From Balanoglossus misakiensis (Eukaryota; Animalia; Hemichordata): 64,000 nucleotides of DNA. The stretch's first letter is position 1; each line of letters begins with the position of its first letter. The notes beneath the pieces are model-generated. The model was not told the origin of the DNA. It saw only the letters and a program-made list of their open reading frames with translations, and made no database searches. Positions 1-13,136 of this stretch are shown piece after piece. Made by a program: the position numbers and the translations under genes. Where the stretch lies: positions 398,888-462,887 of the forward strand of contig CM082589.2 in the NCBI GenBank assembly GCA_040954595.2, in the 5' to 3' direction.

Positions 1-3000
1 TATACTCTTCATATCCAACTTCATTTCAGATCTAGTCTTCTCCAGACTTAGCAAAAGTTTCTTGAATTTTTCCTGTTCATTGAGTAAGCTGGTTTTGGTA
101 GCTTCTAGTTCTTGTTGCACTTTGATGAGTTGTACAGATTTCTGCATCAGATTTGTTTGTAGATCAGTTGTGACTGCAGATACTCCTTCATGTCTGCCAA
201 GAGTGGTCAATTCTGGTAGAAGACTCTGAGATGCAGACATAAATTCCTCATTCTGATCAGTCAGTGATAAAAACAGTGACCTGTCTGACTGTGTGGGTGT
301 TGTGTCTTTACTGCTCTCTTGAACTCTTTCATCAGTTTTGATCAAAGACTGTCTTTGTTCTTCGGCCATTTTGTGAAACTCTTCATCCAGGACATTCTCA
401 ACTTTCTCAAAACTAAGACTAAGTCTCTTCAAATCATCCTCCTCTTCCCCCTTAGAGTCCTTGGTTACCTTGGCAACATCTGTTCCATCTTTGTGATGTG
501 ACGAGTCAGCAACTGCAATCGGTGATGCATCATTCCCCTCGGGTAATTCCTTCAACGGACTCCGTGCAGTCAAACTTTTAAGTATCAGTACTTCCTGATG
601 ATGTTCTTCAAATGCCTTCTTGAAGTTTTCAACGCTTGGAACTCGTAGAAGATTGGAAAGCTCTGGCACTTGTTGTCTCAACTGTGAGATGTCTGTGTCT
701 GTAATGTCTGGCAACTTGCTATCAAAGGATTCTGGCATTTCACTCTGGTGTGGAGATGAAAATACAAAAAGTCATGAATTTCTGTAAAGGACAAAGAGTG
801 GATAACTGGAGTATGAATTACTCAAACTTTTTTCAGATGTAAGTAAATTGAATGCTTTGTCTACTTACAGCAAAGGCTGATGGATAATCATCAATTCCTG
901 GGAATAATCCATGTAGGAAATGTTTTCCCATGATGGCTGCAAATTCCATTCTCCTGGACACTTCCTGTCCTTGGATGTGACTGGATTCATCAGTCAGTTT
1001 TGTCGCCCACTGTTTAAAATAAATATTGATTGCATCAGCAAATGAATTCTCATTCAGTTTAACCTCTTGAACTCCTTAAAGGTTGACGATCATCTTATGT
1101 GCATGTGCCTAACCAGAGACTCTGGTTACAAAAATTGTATATAGTCAATGCCATAAAGCAGTGTGCTGTCTTAACAAGATGTGACTCTATAACCAACCTG
1201 CATAAATTTACTTGAGTACAGTTTCCTTCTGTAGACTTCCACCACAGCCATTGCATACAGTTTTGGTGACATATCAATTTGTTCAACAACTTCAAGCCGT
1301 CGTCGCAACCTCTTCAGATTCTCATGATATATCACCATTTTACTGTCAATGTCTGAAATTTGCTTCTCAACATACATTATCCACCTGTAAGAGCAAAGAA
1401 ATTTTCATTTCTCTGAAGTATGAAATAATATGCAAACTCTCATGCTGAAGGTTGTCACTGCAATGAATTCAAAGCCACATGCAGTTAGGAGACTGGACAT
1501 GAGATTGTTTGTTTCTATATTTGACGATGCATATTAATTGTATCAGTCTGTACACATATAAGTATTACCTCAGTCTTGCATGTAAATTGACTGACAATTC
1601 TTCTTTGGCAAGAGTACATCGTCGTCTGATATCCCGGAGTTGGCTGTGATTTTTTAACATGACCATTAACTGTTTTTGATGACTTGAGCAGAGATCAGGT
1701 AATATAGATGGGTCATTCAGTATTCTAACTCTCTCCTGGTTCTGAACAAATCCCTGCATGGGTTATAAAATCAGTAACAACAAATACATGTACATATTGA
1801 ATAACTTTGAAAATTAGCCCGCTGTAAATGCATTTTTGACATTAAATGCAATTACAGTCAGGAAGGCAGTATTGATTTCTGTCATTAGATGTAAATAAAT
1901 GAGGTAACCCATTCTTAAGACTGTGTGTCAACTGATGTAAGATTAAAAGCCCACTCCATTTTCCCCTTATTTTACATATTCAGACACATGTTTACATGCA
2001 AAACAAAAACTAATGATTCAGTTTCCGACAACAAACAGTAAAATACTTACCTGTGCCATTTCCCCTTGATCTTGCACTATTTTCCTAGCACCAGCCATTA
2101 ATTGTTCCAATCCATACAGTCTATCACCAAGACCTTTGATTTCTTTCATACTGGCATTATCTACACCCTCTGATAATATACAAAATATTTTTGTGACTTT
2201 CATCCCTCCGTCTCTGTCTAGAGGTCTGGCATTACTCATGATCACAGTGAGGTCGGACACAACCATTATGTTGAAAAAGGTAAGGCTGATTTGAAGGGAA
2301 TGTGGCATTTAAAAGACGTCAGAACTATCTGACTGACTTCCAAATATTTAAAGAATTTATCAGTTTTTCTCTCTCTTCACATAATTGTCTGCATTATCCA
2401 TCCATTATCAAAATGATTTCATTTCTATTAAGTCACTTACCTAAGGCAGTGTTGATCTCTGTCATCAGATTGTTCAAAACAGATTCATCAAACTGAAGAA
2501 AGATAAAAAAGAAAGGAGTTCATTCTCAGTTCTCTCTGTCACTGAGCACTCTGTTCCTCTCACTCTCTTTGTCTAAACGTAAAATGAATATCCACGATGT
2601 AGAAACAACGGCCATAATCAACAACTTCAATAACTCTAACAGGAAGTGATCTTAATCATGATAATAGCAACTATATTTTCGATACTGAATTACTCCCTGA
2701 ATTCATTAATGTGTTTAATACTTTTACTTTTATATTCCCACACATATAATAATCAGATTCAGATCAATTTTACCTGTTCCAAAGCTTTTAAACAGTGTTC
2801 AGCCATCTGCTGCAAAGTACTTCTCTGATCCTACAAATAATAAAAAGAGCAAATGTTCACATCCATAATTGAGGAACACTCCATGGTATCTCTATGTTCC
2901 CTTAACCCTTCACCACCATGGTTAGGTCCAACTCCATTGTTTTTTTACTATTAAGTTGGACCTCTTAACACGGAAATGGGGGTGTCATTATAGGAAGGAT

Positions 3001-4779
3001 CATTTACAAAACTCAGACTGTATGGATCCAGTCTTCCTTGATTTTCAACGTTTTACTAGATGTGAAACTGACACATTCAAAATGTAGCTATTGTGGTAAC
3101 TATCCTTACCTGACTACTGATCCACTGTAGCAATGTGATGCATTTCGAAAGGTCGGTTGGTCTTTCTTGTTGTTGTCTTGGTGACAGACATGGGAGGAGG
3201 GGCATTTTGGACAGCAGAGCCAAGACTGTGTTAAAGTCGCTTAACATGGTAAAATACTGTGCTCTTGTCAAGAGGAAATCTTCAAAGTTCTGCTTGAAAA
3301 TTGTCGATCTTTGTCTAAAAGCACTGTAGAGAAATAAAGGTAAAATGACTATTAATGTGGGATTGTTTTCATTTACTTAAACCAACAGTAGCTTTACACA
3401 GATCAGATTGAAATTTAGCTTTGCTGGAATAGAATTTCAGTTCTCATAACTGCAAACATTTTCTAACTGGACCACAAAAACCACCTAGCCTTACCTACTA
3501 ATGTCTTCTAAGTTGGCAACTACAGCTGCCCAGCCTTGCTGCTGTAAATGTTGATCGTGGACCAAACTTTCACAACATGAAACTTCTTCTTGGGCCAAGT
3601 CAGCGATTTGCTGTCAGGATAGACATTATTAATACGATTTCGAACATGAAATACTCGAAAATTATACACTGTAAATCAATTTCATGACATGCATGTAACA
3701 GGGTCTAATCAGTACCTGTACTAATAGGCCTTGAGAAAACAGCAAATGTTACCAACATTAATGTGTTTTTTTCTGACGTCCGATTATTATTTTAAATTTA
3801 AAACAAATGTACAATATACACAAACATAATTGATTATTCTCCTAGAAATTCATGTACAGTCAATCTTTCAGGGAAATACAACTCACCAAAGCCAGTTGTA
3901 CCCTTGACACAACTGTTTCAAAAGATGGTTGCATAATTAGTGAGCCTTCCACCTGATATTTGAGATCACCATCAGATCCAGCGTAGACACTTGGAGATGG
4001 TGGCGCTGCAGATTCTATGGTACTCTTACTAAATAGAAATATGGGATTGGTATCCTGAAAATGTAAAATATCAAACCGACATGGTAACAATCCAAGTTGG
4101 ATTTTCTAAGATAACACTTATTTCATGCGACTGATAAGTTTAACAATACCTACCGTTCCAGCATGATAACTGCAGACTCTCATAACAGGATCTAAATTTT
4201 CACCACCGCTTATCAACAACACTTGTTTGTCAACAGGAATCTGGCACTCATCAGCAATAGCTGCTTGCAGGTGACTTACACTGAAAAGAAAACAAATGAG
4301 CATTTAACCCTCTTTACCACCATTTCTTGCTCCAACTCTTACACTGCAGAATGCATGAACCCGGAATGATCTAAATATCACCAAGCTGTCACCAACACAC
4401 ATATTGGTGTATACCTTGGTGTTAAACAATAAAAACTGACAGACAGCTTAAAATGACCTTGAATAACTATGTGGGTGGATCTTTCATTTTCAAAACTAGT
4501 CATGTTATTGTATTCCACCATACTCTCAGTGTCCAAAGTACACCATTATCAAATAGTAACAGACACTTCTGTCATTTTTACAGGTACAAAGTACAAGCCT
4601 CTGTTTCTGCTAACATATGCAAATTTACCCCTATATATCATGTGTGGAGTTACACCTGGCAACTTAAATCTTATTTAATTGACATTATTTCAAAGTATCA
4701 AACTATCTTACCTTTCAACAGCCAGATTCATATCAAAGTTGAGCATAGTGCCGGTATCAACAAGAAAGATGTACAACAT
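1..4779 (-). CDS. RB1CC1: RB1-inducible coiled-coil protein 1 (FIP200/Atg11-Atg17 autophagy scaffold), 5' part; continues past the left edge
   Basis: Spliced exons approx. 4712-4779 (MLYIFLVDTGTMLNFDMNLAVE), 4154-4280 (VSHLQAAIADECQIPVDKQVLLISGGE...VCSYHAGT), 3887-4054 (DTNPIFLFSK), 3495-3610 (LVHDQHLQQQGWAAVVANLEDI), 3110-3323, 2774-2830, 2441-2492, ~2051-2169, ~1569-1753 (LPDLCSSHQKQL...AKEELSVNLHARLR), ~1197-1385 (PKLYAMAVVEVYRRK), ~869-1011, 1-~745. These motifs match the FIP200 N-terminus as I recall it; GT-AG boundaries keep frame in the exons checked. Confidence 0.95.
2902..2984. mobile_element. Degenerate short MITE (TTAA-CCC start, piggyBac-like); related copy at 31126-31217
   Basis: ttaacccttcaccaccatggttaggtccaactccattgtt...gggggtg resembles tttaccctttcaccactatagtccagtccaaatccattgtt...ggggtgaaatgctaa at 31126; both intronic. 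Confidence 0.5.
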
Positions 4780-6010
4780 GGTTGTAACTTAGTCTCTTAC
4801 AAGGTCACTTGCAACTTGTTATTCTGATGGTGAACTGAAAATAAAATACAAATTAATCAATGTACAAAGCATGTCATCTAGATTGAAATATCACTCAGAC
4901 AAAAAGATTTGCCTTTTGAAGAAATTTGTTGCATAAAATGTACAAACCACAAAACAATGAATCAGATATCAACACATTTCTAATCATTGGAACAAGAGTC
5001 ATGATATCAAAACCACAAATGTTGATTTCTTTACACCTGTCCAATTTTAAAGGCTGCTCTCTTTGGACGCAGATGACTTACAATAGATGGACAAATTCAA
5101 CCAACGTAAGCGGACTGCAGGTCAAATCAATTTTTTGCGTAATAACCAAGACGTAAAATAAACTTGCCTACAGTGTAGTGATCGTCTGCAATATTTGGAA
5201 GTGGTGACGTCAGCTTTATTATTGAAACAAATGTGTCATCACACAGGTCACACCAAAGGTGAGGCTGACACGACTTTAGATCTGATCTCTCTCCCCTCTC
5301 TGTCTCCCCCCTCTCAGAAAGACGACAATATTATCAGTGCGGAATATTGTGTGAATATACAGCAGGTGTATATATGTATCCACTTATATGCAAATACATT
5401 TAAATACTGAGCCTGAGGTCACAGATTACTCGTTATTCAATTACGTTTTCTGGGGGGTATCGTGGACAGTCAGGCTGTCAGCTTATAAATTCTAGTGCTG
5501 ATTATGTTACTATTGATATTGGCATTCACGTTCCTATGATTAAAAAAGAAGTGGTAATTATTTACCCTTATATTAACCGATTAACGCCTCGCTCGAACAG
5601 GAAGGACTCTGCTCCGTCGGATACACCATCTTGCAAATCGCCATATTTGTACCCTTTAGGTACATTAACATTACTAGAAAAATTCAAAACCGAATACCTA
5701 GGGGGCTTATTTTCCCATCTTCATTTCTACTCCAATATTCGCCAAATTTTCCCCTGCTTTTGTCATATTTTGCATCAAGATAACCTTACAAAATCTTACT
5801 ATTAACTAATTTTGTTAAATATTATTAGTGAAAAAATATTTATAAAAGGGGAATTTCTTCGAAAAAAATGTTATTCCCCCCTCCCAATCTGTTGATTGAA
5901 TCGTGTGTCTGAAAATGCAATTTTGAAAGACGCCGAACACAAACACCTTGACATCGACACGAGGGTAAGACTTGTTAAACTTTCGCGATTCCGTGCGTTT
6001 AACGATAATC

Positions 6011-6274
6011 ATGGGCGACAGATACAATATTCACAGTCAGCTGGAACATTTGCAGTCGAAATACATCGGCACTGGACACGCGGATACCACGAAATGGGAC
6101 TGGATGACCAACCAACACCGAGACAGCTTTTGTAGCTACATCGGCCATTATGACATGCTGAACTATTTCGCTCTCGTGGAAAACGAAAGTAAAGCTCGGG
6201 TGCGCTTCAACCTGATGGAAAAACTGTTGCAGCCATGTGGACCACCTCCCGATAAACCTGAAGACCAACTTTGA
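6011..6274 (+). CDS. SF3B5: Splicing factor 3B subunit 5 (SF3b10), single exon, 87 aa
   Basis: MGDRYNIHSQLEHLQSKYIGTGHADTTKWDWMTNQHRDS...ENESKARVRFNLMEKLLQPCGPPPDKPED is the highly conserved SF3B5 sequence; AATAAA at ~6831. Confidence 0.97.
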   Translation: MGDRYNIHSQLEHLQSKYIGTGHADTTKWDWMTNQHRDSFCSYIGHYDMLNYFALVENESKARVRFNLMEKLLQPCGPPPDKPEDQL

Positions 6275-7503
6275 ACTTTTCTTGTGATTGGATGAAGTCC
6301 TGCAAGACTTGACAACAGTGCTGGGCACCAGACGTCCAAATATTGTTCAAATCCCTAACCCTACCCAGATGTGCCATTTCAAAATGTGTGTGGAATTCTA
6401 CAGTCAGGATCGTAGCTGTGTCAGTATTCAGGAAATGATCATATATGCGTGCTAAATGTTTGACACTTCGCATGATATCAGTACTCTTGTTACCTTCTAA
6501 CAAACCCGATGAACCGAACTTGTGATTGTGTTGCAATGGAGGAGTTCGGTGCACTTGCAGCCATGACTCAACTGAGGATCACGCCAACAGTTTTTACTGT
6601 TAAACAGATGCATAACGTGGGAACTTCATAATGCAGTATGTGTCCTGTTGAATGCCTGCAACATTTTCCAATCCATAGTTTAGCAACATTACAGCAGCAG
6701 TTCATCCGATTGGACAAAGCCATGCAACTTTCATTGATCAACGTTTCCATGACACAGTATCAAAGAACTCTTATGTTAATCATTTTTGCGTGTGATATTT
6801 GCATCATTGGGTACATTTTCCAGTTTTAGAAATAAAGATTATTCTTTCAAGCAAAGACTACTGTAGTTTTCATTCACTCCCATGTGGGTCTTTGCAACCA
6901 GAAGGATATGAATGTCTAACAAAAAAAGTATGTGTAACAAACACACACAAACAATGAGGTAGATATGGACAGAAGGAGTAGAAATAACACGGTAATGAGC
7001 AAATGTTTAATTTTACAGTAGCATATTTTTTATTGAAGGTATTTCAAGGACTAAAACTTACAGAAAAAACCTATCTTGTAAAACGGTACTTAAATACAAA
7101 TGAAAGGAGAATGTAACTAGGATCACAATTTTAAAATGAAATGTACACTTACACTTTAAATACTAAAAAAGTACATTGTACTGAAAACCAAAAAGGAAAT
7201 GTGTTCAAGTTGTCAACGCGTCGTACAGCATTACTGCTTGGACGAGTTCAGCATAATCAGTTCAAGACGTTGGTGGTGTACTTCACGTTCGTAAAGAACA
7301 CATCGGTACATTGCGCACCGTTCACAAAGCGCAGCTCTTTCAGTGTTCGAGGTTTATTGACAAGCAGACCCCACTGAGGTAGAACAAATTGAGACTTGGT
7401 CCAAAACTCAATGTCATATTACAAGACTATTTATGACCCAGCAAAAAGTCCCTCCATTTCAAAAGTCTAAGTGCTCCATCAAAATGAGCTGGTTTTTTTT
7501 CGA

Positions 7504-10500
7504 CTACGGGGCAACATCAAAAATGTTCAAACTACCACCACTCCTTGATGTGGAAAATTCTCTGCTGATAATCATGTAGCCGGACCCGTTATTGGCACCA
7601 CTCTGTTCGTATTTGTCACTTCCACTGTTAAAAGATCCGCCACCCCCAGCACAGCTTCCCGTGTAGTAGTCCCCACTGCCACCACCAGAAAAGCCACCAC
7701 CACCACCAGGTCCACCACCACCAGAACGAGCACCACCACCCCCTCCGAAACCACCATTAAGATTGCTGTTACCACCCTCTCCACCATGACCGCCTTCTAT
7801 CAAAGAAAACCCACCATGTTTTCCATTGTTTTCCTGCCACCCTCCACCTCTACTCAGTAAACCCCCTCCCCCACCACCTGCGTATTTATAATGAACCGAG
7901 GGCGCTCCTTGTCCATCATGGCCACCTTGAAAGCCACGCCCACCACCGGGGTTGCCAGTGGTTGATTTTGTTCCATCACAAAGAGGGTCTCTCTTTGTTT
8001 GCCAGAAACTACCTCCGCCGCCACCAGCGATAATGATGGGCGAGTTGTCTTCATCTGTAACAAATGTTCCGCCTCCACCCCCACTTGACAAGTTACTTTC
8101 GCCGTTTAAACCTTCTTGACCAACCAAAATACGCAACACCGTTCCTGTAATGAGCAAAGACGAATATACATGTAAATCGTTGTGTTTGATGAGAAACATG
8201 GCCTTGAAAAATATGCAGGTGAAATGCAGTCGCATCCTAATCATGGGTAGTTGTGCCACTGGTAAACCAAAAACAGATACTAGAACAAGGACAAAAGTGT
8301 AGTTTCAAGTATCGCCGGTATTTGACTCAATGCTGTCCTATATTTAACACCGGCCAATAATTTATTCAATGGATTTTTTTAAAGTCAAGGAAATGCCTTT
8401 CCTGTTTTAATTTACATTCTTTGGTCACGACGCATGGTGTGGTTAATACCACAAGTGACAAGCATCCGCAGAGCCTCCCACAACTGTAAGATTGTCGGAC
8501 AATTGTGACCTAATTCTATAGGGTCAAATGTTACTTGACGTCATTGAGAAAGAATTCATCTGCGCAACTCTGAGGATCAAATCAGGTATTGATGTTGGTT
8601 GAATGATGACGTCGTTACTGTCGGTGGCTATAAAACATGGGCACATTTAACTGGTTCACACTCGCTCCAAAATCAGCCGTTTTTTTTTGTTTGCATTCTT
8701 TTCTCGTCGACATCCGCTTCGGATAACAGTGTACATGTATAGGTGGGCAACAATCAATCTGATTGAAGACAGAGAACAGAATCCTGGGCCAAAACTATCA
8801 CCAGCGCCTAACTCTACATCTGATTTTGATCAGATTGGACAACAATGAACTTTATGCACATGTAAATGAGTTCGAGTTCGTGCGAAATGGGTTCACACCA
8901 AGTGTATGGAATCAACGTTATGAAAATGAAATATAATGCCCCACCTTTGCTAAAATGGAATGTTCCACGTATTAATGCACCCCTGCCGCGGTATGGTTTG
9001 TAAAGTTCACCATCATAGCCACCTGCGGCACCTATAATAAAAGAAAAACCGCAAGAATTTTAAGTGCAAGTGAGTATTCTGAAATACAATAAAACAATTT
9101 CAGGACGTATTGTAAGCACACAGTCGCTCCCTGGAGGGACCGTGGTTGGCACAAGGTCAAAAGAAGATCATACCGGAGTAAACAACCGTCAAGTGACTGA
9201 CACTTTCATTATTTCACTTTTATTCGGACTGTAGGTGTCCATAGAAACATGTGGTTTCACTATTCTCATTAACAATAAAGCTTCCTTAACTGTTGTTGAG
9301 TATGAGTTCTGCCGACTGAGGAAGGAACTGGTATGTTAACCTTCATATTATTTTCGCATTACGGCGTTTCCGAAACTTTTCGGAACTTTAACCTTGGGTA
9401 CGCTGAACTCATAATTGTACGCGGAAAACGTCACGTATGCAGTTCGAATTCGTACGGAAGGAAACAAAAATAGTAATTTTACTGCTATATAGTCATGCTC
9501 ATTTTCGGGAAATAAAGGGTCACTTTGATGTGGAAACTCTTAGCAAGACGGAAGGAGATGGACAACACACCGAATGAGTGGCTATCTCTTTGAAGGGTTT
9601 CCGTTTAGTATTTCCGAAGCATTCTTGCATTTTTTAATCATTGTATTAATCCATATGCCCACGGACCGTGATATGCCCTTGTATATAAACCGATGGATGA
9701 CCAGACAACAACACAGACGGCTGAATTACAGTCTACGCCACTGCTGAAACATGTGTTCATTAAACTATGCGACTCAGATCATGAATGAATAGCACGCGTG
9801 GTTTCGTTCAGCAGAGGTTCAAGCGGACTTCCTTTTATGGCAGCCGAAACACGTAATGTGGAGACATCGAGTAAATTCATTGGTTAATTGATCCGGATCA
9901 AAGGTGACTGGCTCTGCGCCAAGACCAATAGCAGACCGACCACTGAGTCAAAGGTGAATTCTATTAACACTTTTCTGTCACGAAGACATTCCGAACTATA
10001 CGTCAGCATAACTGTTCATGACGGTTACAACTGCGAGGGTCAAAAGCGTTGATAAAAATTGTGATATAGTATTAGTAGTGACGTCACTCCTGTGATACAC
10101 ACCCATCATAATGTACTTTATTACACGAATACTGACCAAAGTCTACGGCGAGTCTTCTTTGTGGGAGATTTAATATCAAATTGAATCTCTCTGCGCCTCC
10201 GGTCACGATAAATCAAACTTCAAAGTGGTCCATAATTTATTTCGATCGCCCATGTGCTGTACACCTCCATGTCGCAATCACTGTCAACAATGCCGCGTCA
10301 CATGACACGTGTATTACGTGCTGAGGACCATTTGAACAATCGCTTAGTAAATGGGTGCAGTATTGAGGTGAGCCAAATTTTGTGGGTGGATCGGAAACTT
10401 TTAAGAACGAAAGACGCAAACTGTCACCATGGCAATTGTAGAAATCGCATGGGCGGTGGCTTTACATGAGGTGTATTGCGAAAGACTCCTTGTATTTCAT

Positions 10501-13136
10501 AATAGTGGCATGTTGAATGCGTCCATTGCAACAAATTAAAATATCGCCTTGTGATGACTTAGTTTCGCGTCTCAAGGTATTTATTGATTTAATCATGACA
10601 TCCTTTATTATGTTTCAACGGTCCCTCAATCACCGGTGATCGAGAGACCGTGAAGGAATGAACACATTTAAAACTTGTCTCGGTTTGATTTCGGATCTGG
10701 TTCTCTTAGTGGACACGACTATACCCATGGCAACGATACCATGGCAATGAGGGTGAGTTAGGGTTAGGGTTAGGAGGGTTAGGGGTGGCAATGTGAGGGT
10801 GAGTTTATCCCATACCCTAACCCTCCTAACCCTAACCCTAAAAAACCATGGTATCGCCATGGGGTATAGTCGTGTCCACTAAGAGAACCAGATCCTTGAT
10901 TTCTACAACTCGCTTCGACTGTCGAATCCGTACCAAGCACATGATGGTATGTTTGTTTATATTCTCCATGACGCACATTTTTTTTTTCAGATACTAGCTG
11001 TGTGGGTGACGATCTACCTGTATGCACAGTTGTCACGACAAATCTCTTCAAGTGTGTACCGTTCTCCCCAGGACAATTTTCTTTGTCTATTTGACAATGT
11101 AGTGGATGAATGGTTGTATTGTACCTATGTAGTGTTTTATCAGTTGCAGCGCTATTATATCTACAGGTGTGACTATACTTAGTACCTTCTTATCTCGAGT
11201 GTATCCTTCTCAAATACGACCCACACTTTCAAGTCGGTGGACTTTACAATTTTTCACGTTGACAAATAAAGTTTTTTTTTAGAAATGAGTTTTGCCAGTT
11301 GACTTGTTGAAAGTATACCAACCTGCAACTTCTATGACGTAATAACCTGAATATGGTATCGTCAATTCTTGGACTCCATCGTCTAAAGTCACCAAACGTT
11401 CATGGTCTTGCCCGGCGTAGTGGTTGCCTAAAGACTCAGGTCCAAATCTTCCGTATGTGTTCAGTGTTGTAAACCGAGCTGCAATTAAGATAACTACCTT
11501 TGTAATTATTGCTTTAATAAAATATTCAATATACATAGTCATAGAAAGTTATCGCGTCTTAAATTATTTCTAGAAAGTTTTAGGAAAAATGGCCGGGGTA
11601 ATTAGTTACATGTCCATGTTTGTTTGGTTCCAGTATTCTCCAATTATTCTGGCATATCCTTTCTCATAAGTCTAATTGCATCAATTTAGAATAATAGAGA
11701 TTAATACACACACTGGCATATACCTGAATGATTTATGAGGATGAAAACATGACACATTTTATTCAAATATACAGGATATTGAAGATAATTTCAGCAATTG
11801 TAACGGGAATTCCAATTTTAAACTGCAATTTACAAAGATTTTACCCTTCCGGCCAATTTAGACCTAATCACACTTAGTATATCCCTGTTCATATTTCATT
11901 CAGTGGTTCGTTTAATTACTGTTGTTGAGTTTGTCGAGTTAGTAACTCCAATAATATCGTGCAGTTATAGATCTAAATTTTATTGCTTGCATTCCTCCGC
12001 GTGTCGACATCACTGCTGTTTTCACTCGCGCTGAGACACGTTTCCGCACTTCCGCTGCGATGTGGCATTCCGACCATTCAGAGAAGCAGTGGTTACTCCC
12101 ACAAGCCACTGCGAATGGAACGCATCCCTGCAGGTGACGTAAAGAGGTTCGAAACACGATGGATTTTCACATCGTTGAAATTTCAGTGTCTTTGCCAACC
12201 AGTTTATGATTATTAGTCTGACAAACTGTACAATCGGACAATGGTATTTCAGGTCACGATCATCGAATGTTTTAGCAAAAGTACAGACATATGTTGTTGT
12301 TTTTTTCTCCAAATTACAGTCGCTACACAAAGAGTGACTATCCAAATCATCGGGCCAACCCAAACAGCTGATTCAATCCCCCATTTCTGGAAACTTAAAT
12401 GCGAATCCGTCAAGTTCATTGCGTCGGAAGGCAAAGGAAACATGTCACAGGAATGTCAACATTGACACGACCTTGTTAAGGTATAGATAGCCTTGAAGTA
12501 TGATGTGTAAACGGGTGAAGAAAAAAACATAAATGCAACTACGTGGCCGAGTTATTTCAAAACATCCTGACCGATGCACAATATACGCGGAATGACCGAG
12601 AATAAAACTACCTGAATTTCATATACATTCAAATAATTCCAATCAAGCTGTGCGACCTTACAACTTTCGCCTTTTACATTTTTGTCAAAATTACCAAATA
12701 TTTCATTTCACTGCAATTTTCTCGCGTTGCTTTGATGGGGTTATATAGATTACCACAATTCCAAATAATTTCTATGAAAAAGAAACATCTTAAGATATTT
12801 AATTACATGTGTACACAAAAGCATGATATTAGTACATGTACGTACCCATATTACAGTGTAACTATTGGTTAAACGTATCAAGATATACACATATATATGC
12901 TTACAATATCCATTTGTAAATTAATACACGAAGATGAACGAAGTTCCATACTTTGTAAACCACTTGCAAATCTTACCTGTGAAACCTGCTGAACGAGTAG
13001 CGCACTGGCGCAGAGCGTCGACTTCAGCTCGACAAGTACTATACACATCGTCTTCGGAAAGTTCATCAGAAATGGAATATTGCAGTTCAATAAGGAAAGT
13101 CAACACCAGAAAAGTAACTGCTCTGAATCGATCCAT
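7504..13136 (-). CDS. Secreted glycine-rich protein with ALK/LTK-type glycine-rich domain, ~347 aa, 4 exons
   Basis: Exons 12977-13136 (signal peptide MDRFRAVTFLVLTFLIELQYSIS), 11323-11478 (ARFTTLNTYGRFGP...GVQELTIPYSGYYVIEVAG), 8945-9031 (AAGG...GRGALIRGTFHFSKG), 7504-8144 (TVLRILVGQEG...GGGGGTFV...PIIIAGGGGG...GGFGGGGG...GGGGGFSGG...AGGGGSFN). All introns phase 1, total 1044 nt in frame. Motif order matches the ALK/LTK glycine-rich ectodomain module. Confidence 0.85.
9653..9677. mobile_element. Micro-hairpin CACGGACCGTG between perfect 7-bp direct repeats (probable transposon footprint)
   Basis: ATATGCC (9653-9659) + CACGGACCGTG (9660-9670) + ATATGCC (9671-9677). Confidence 0.55.
10693..10895. 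mobile_element. MITE with ~34-bp TIRs, internal inverted TTAGGG/CCCTAA tracts and 8-bp TSD
   Basis: TIR GGATCTGGTTCTCTTAGTGGACACGACTATACCC and its reverse complement at the right end; TTGATTTC duplicated at 10685-10692 and 10896-10903; internal gttagggttagggttagg and ccctaaccctcctaaccctaacccta. Confidence 0.88.

Noticed and set aside
5999-6554. Antisense ORFs over SF3B5 and its 3'UTR
   Set aside because: Shadow frames of a conserved gene, no homology cues.
7240-7380. Possible extra terminal exon of the glycine-rich gene
   Set aside because: No convincing upstream donor in a useful phase; the 7504 stop already closes the domain.
10750-10845. TTAGGG/CCCTAA tracts as a telomere fusion site
   Set aside because: Short, degenerate, and enclosed by TIRs with a perfect TSD, so part of a transposon.
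11939-12465. Overlapping 64-113-aa ORFs in intron 1 of the glycine-rich gene
   Set aside because: No compatible splice sites or family motifs; the gene is in frame without them.
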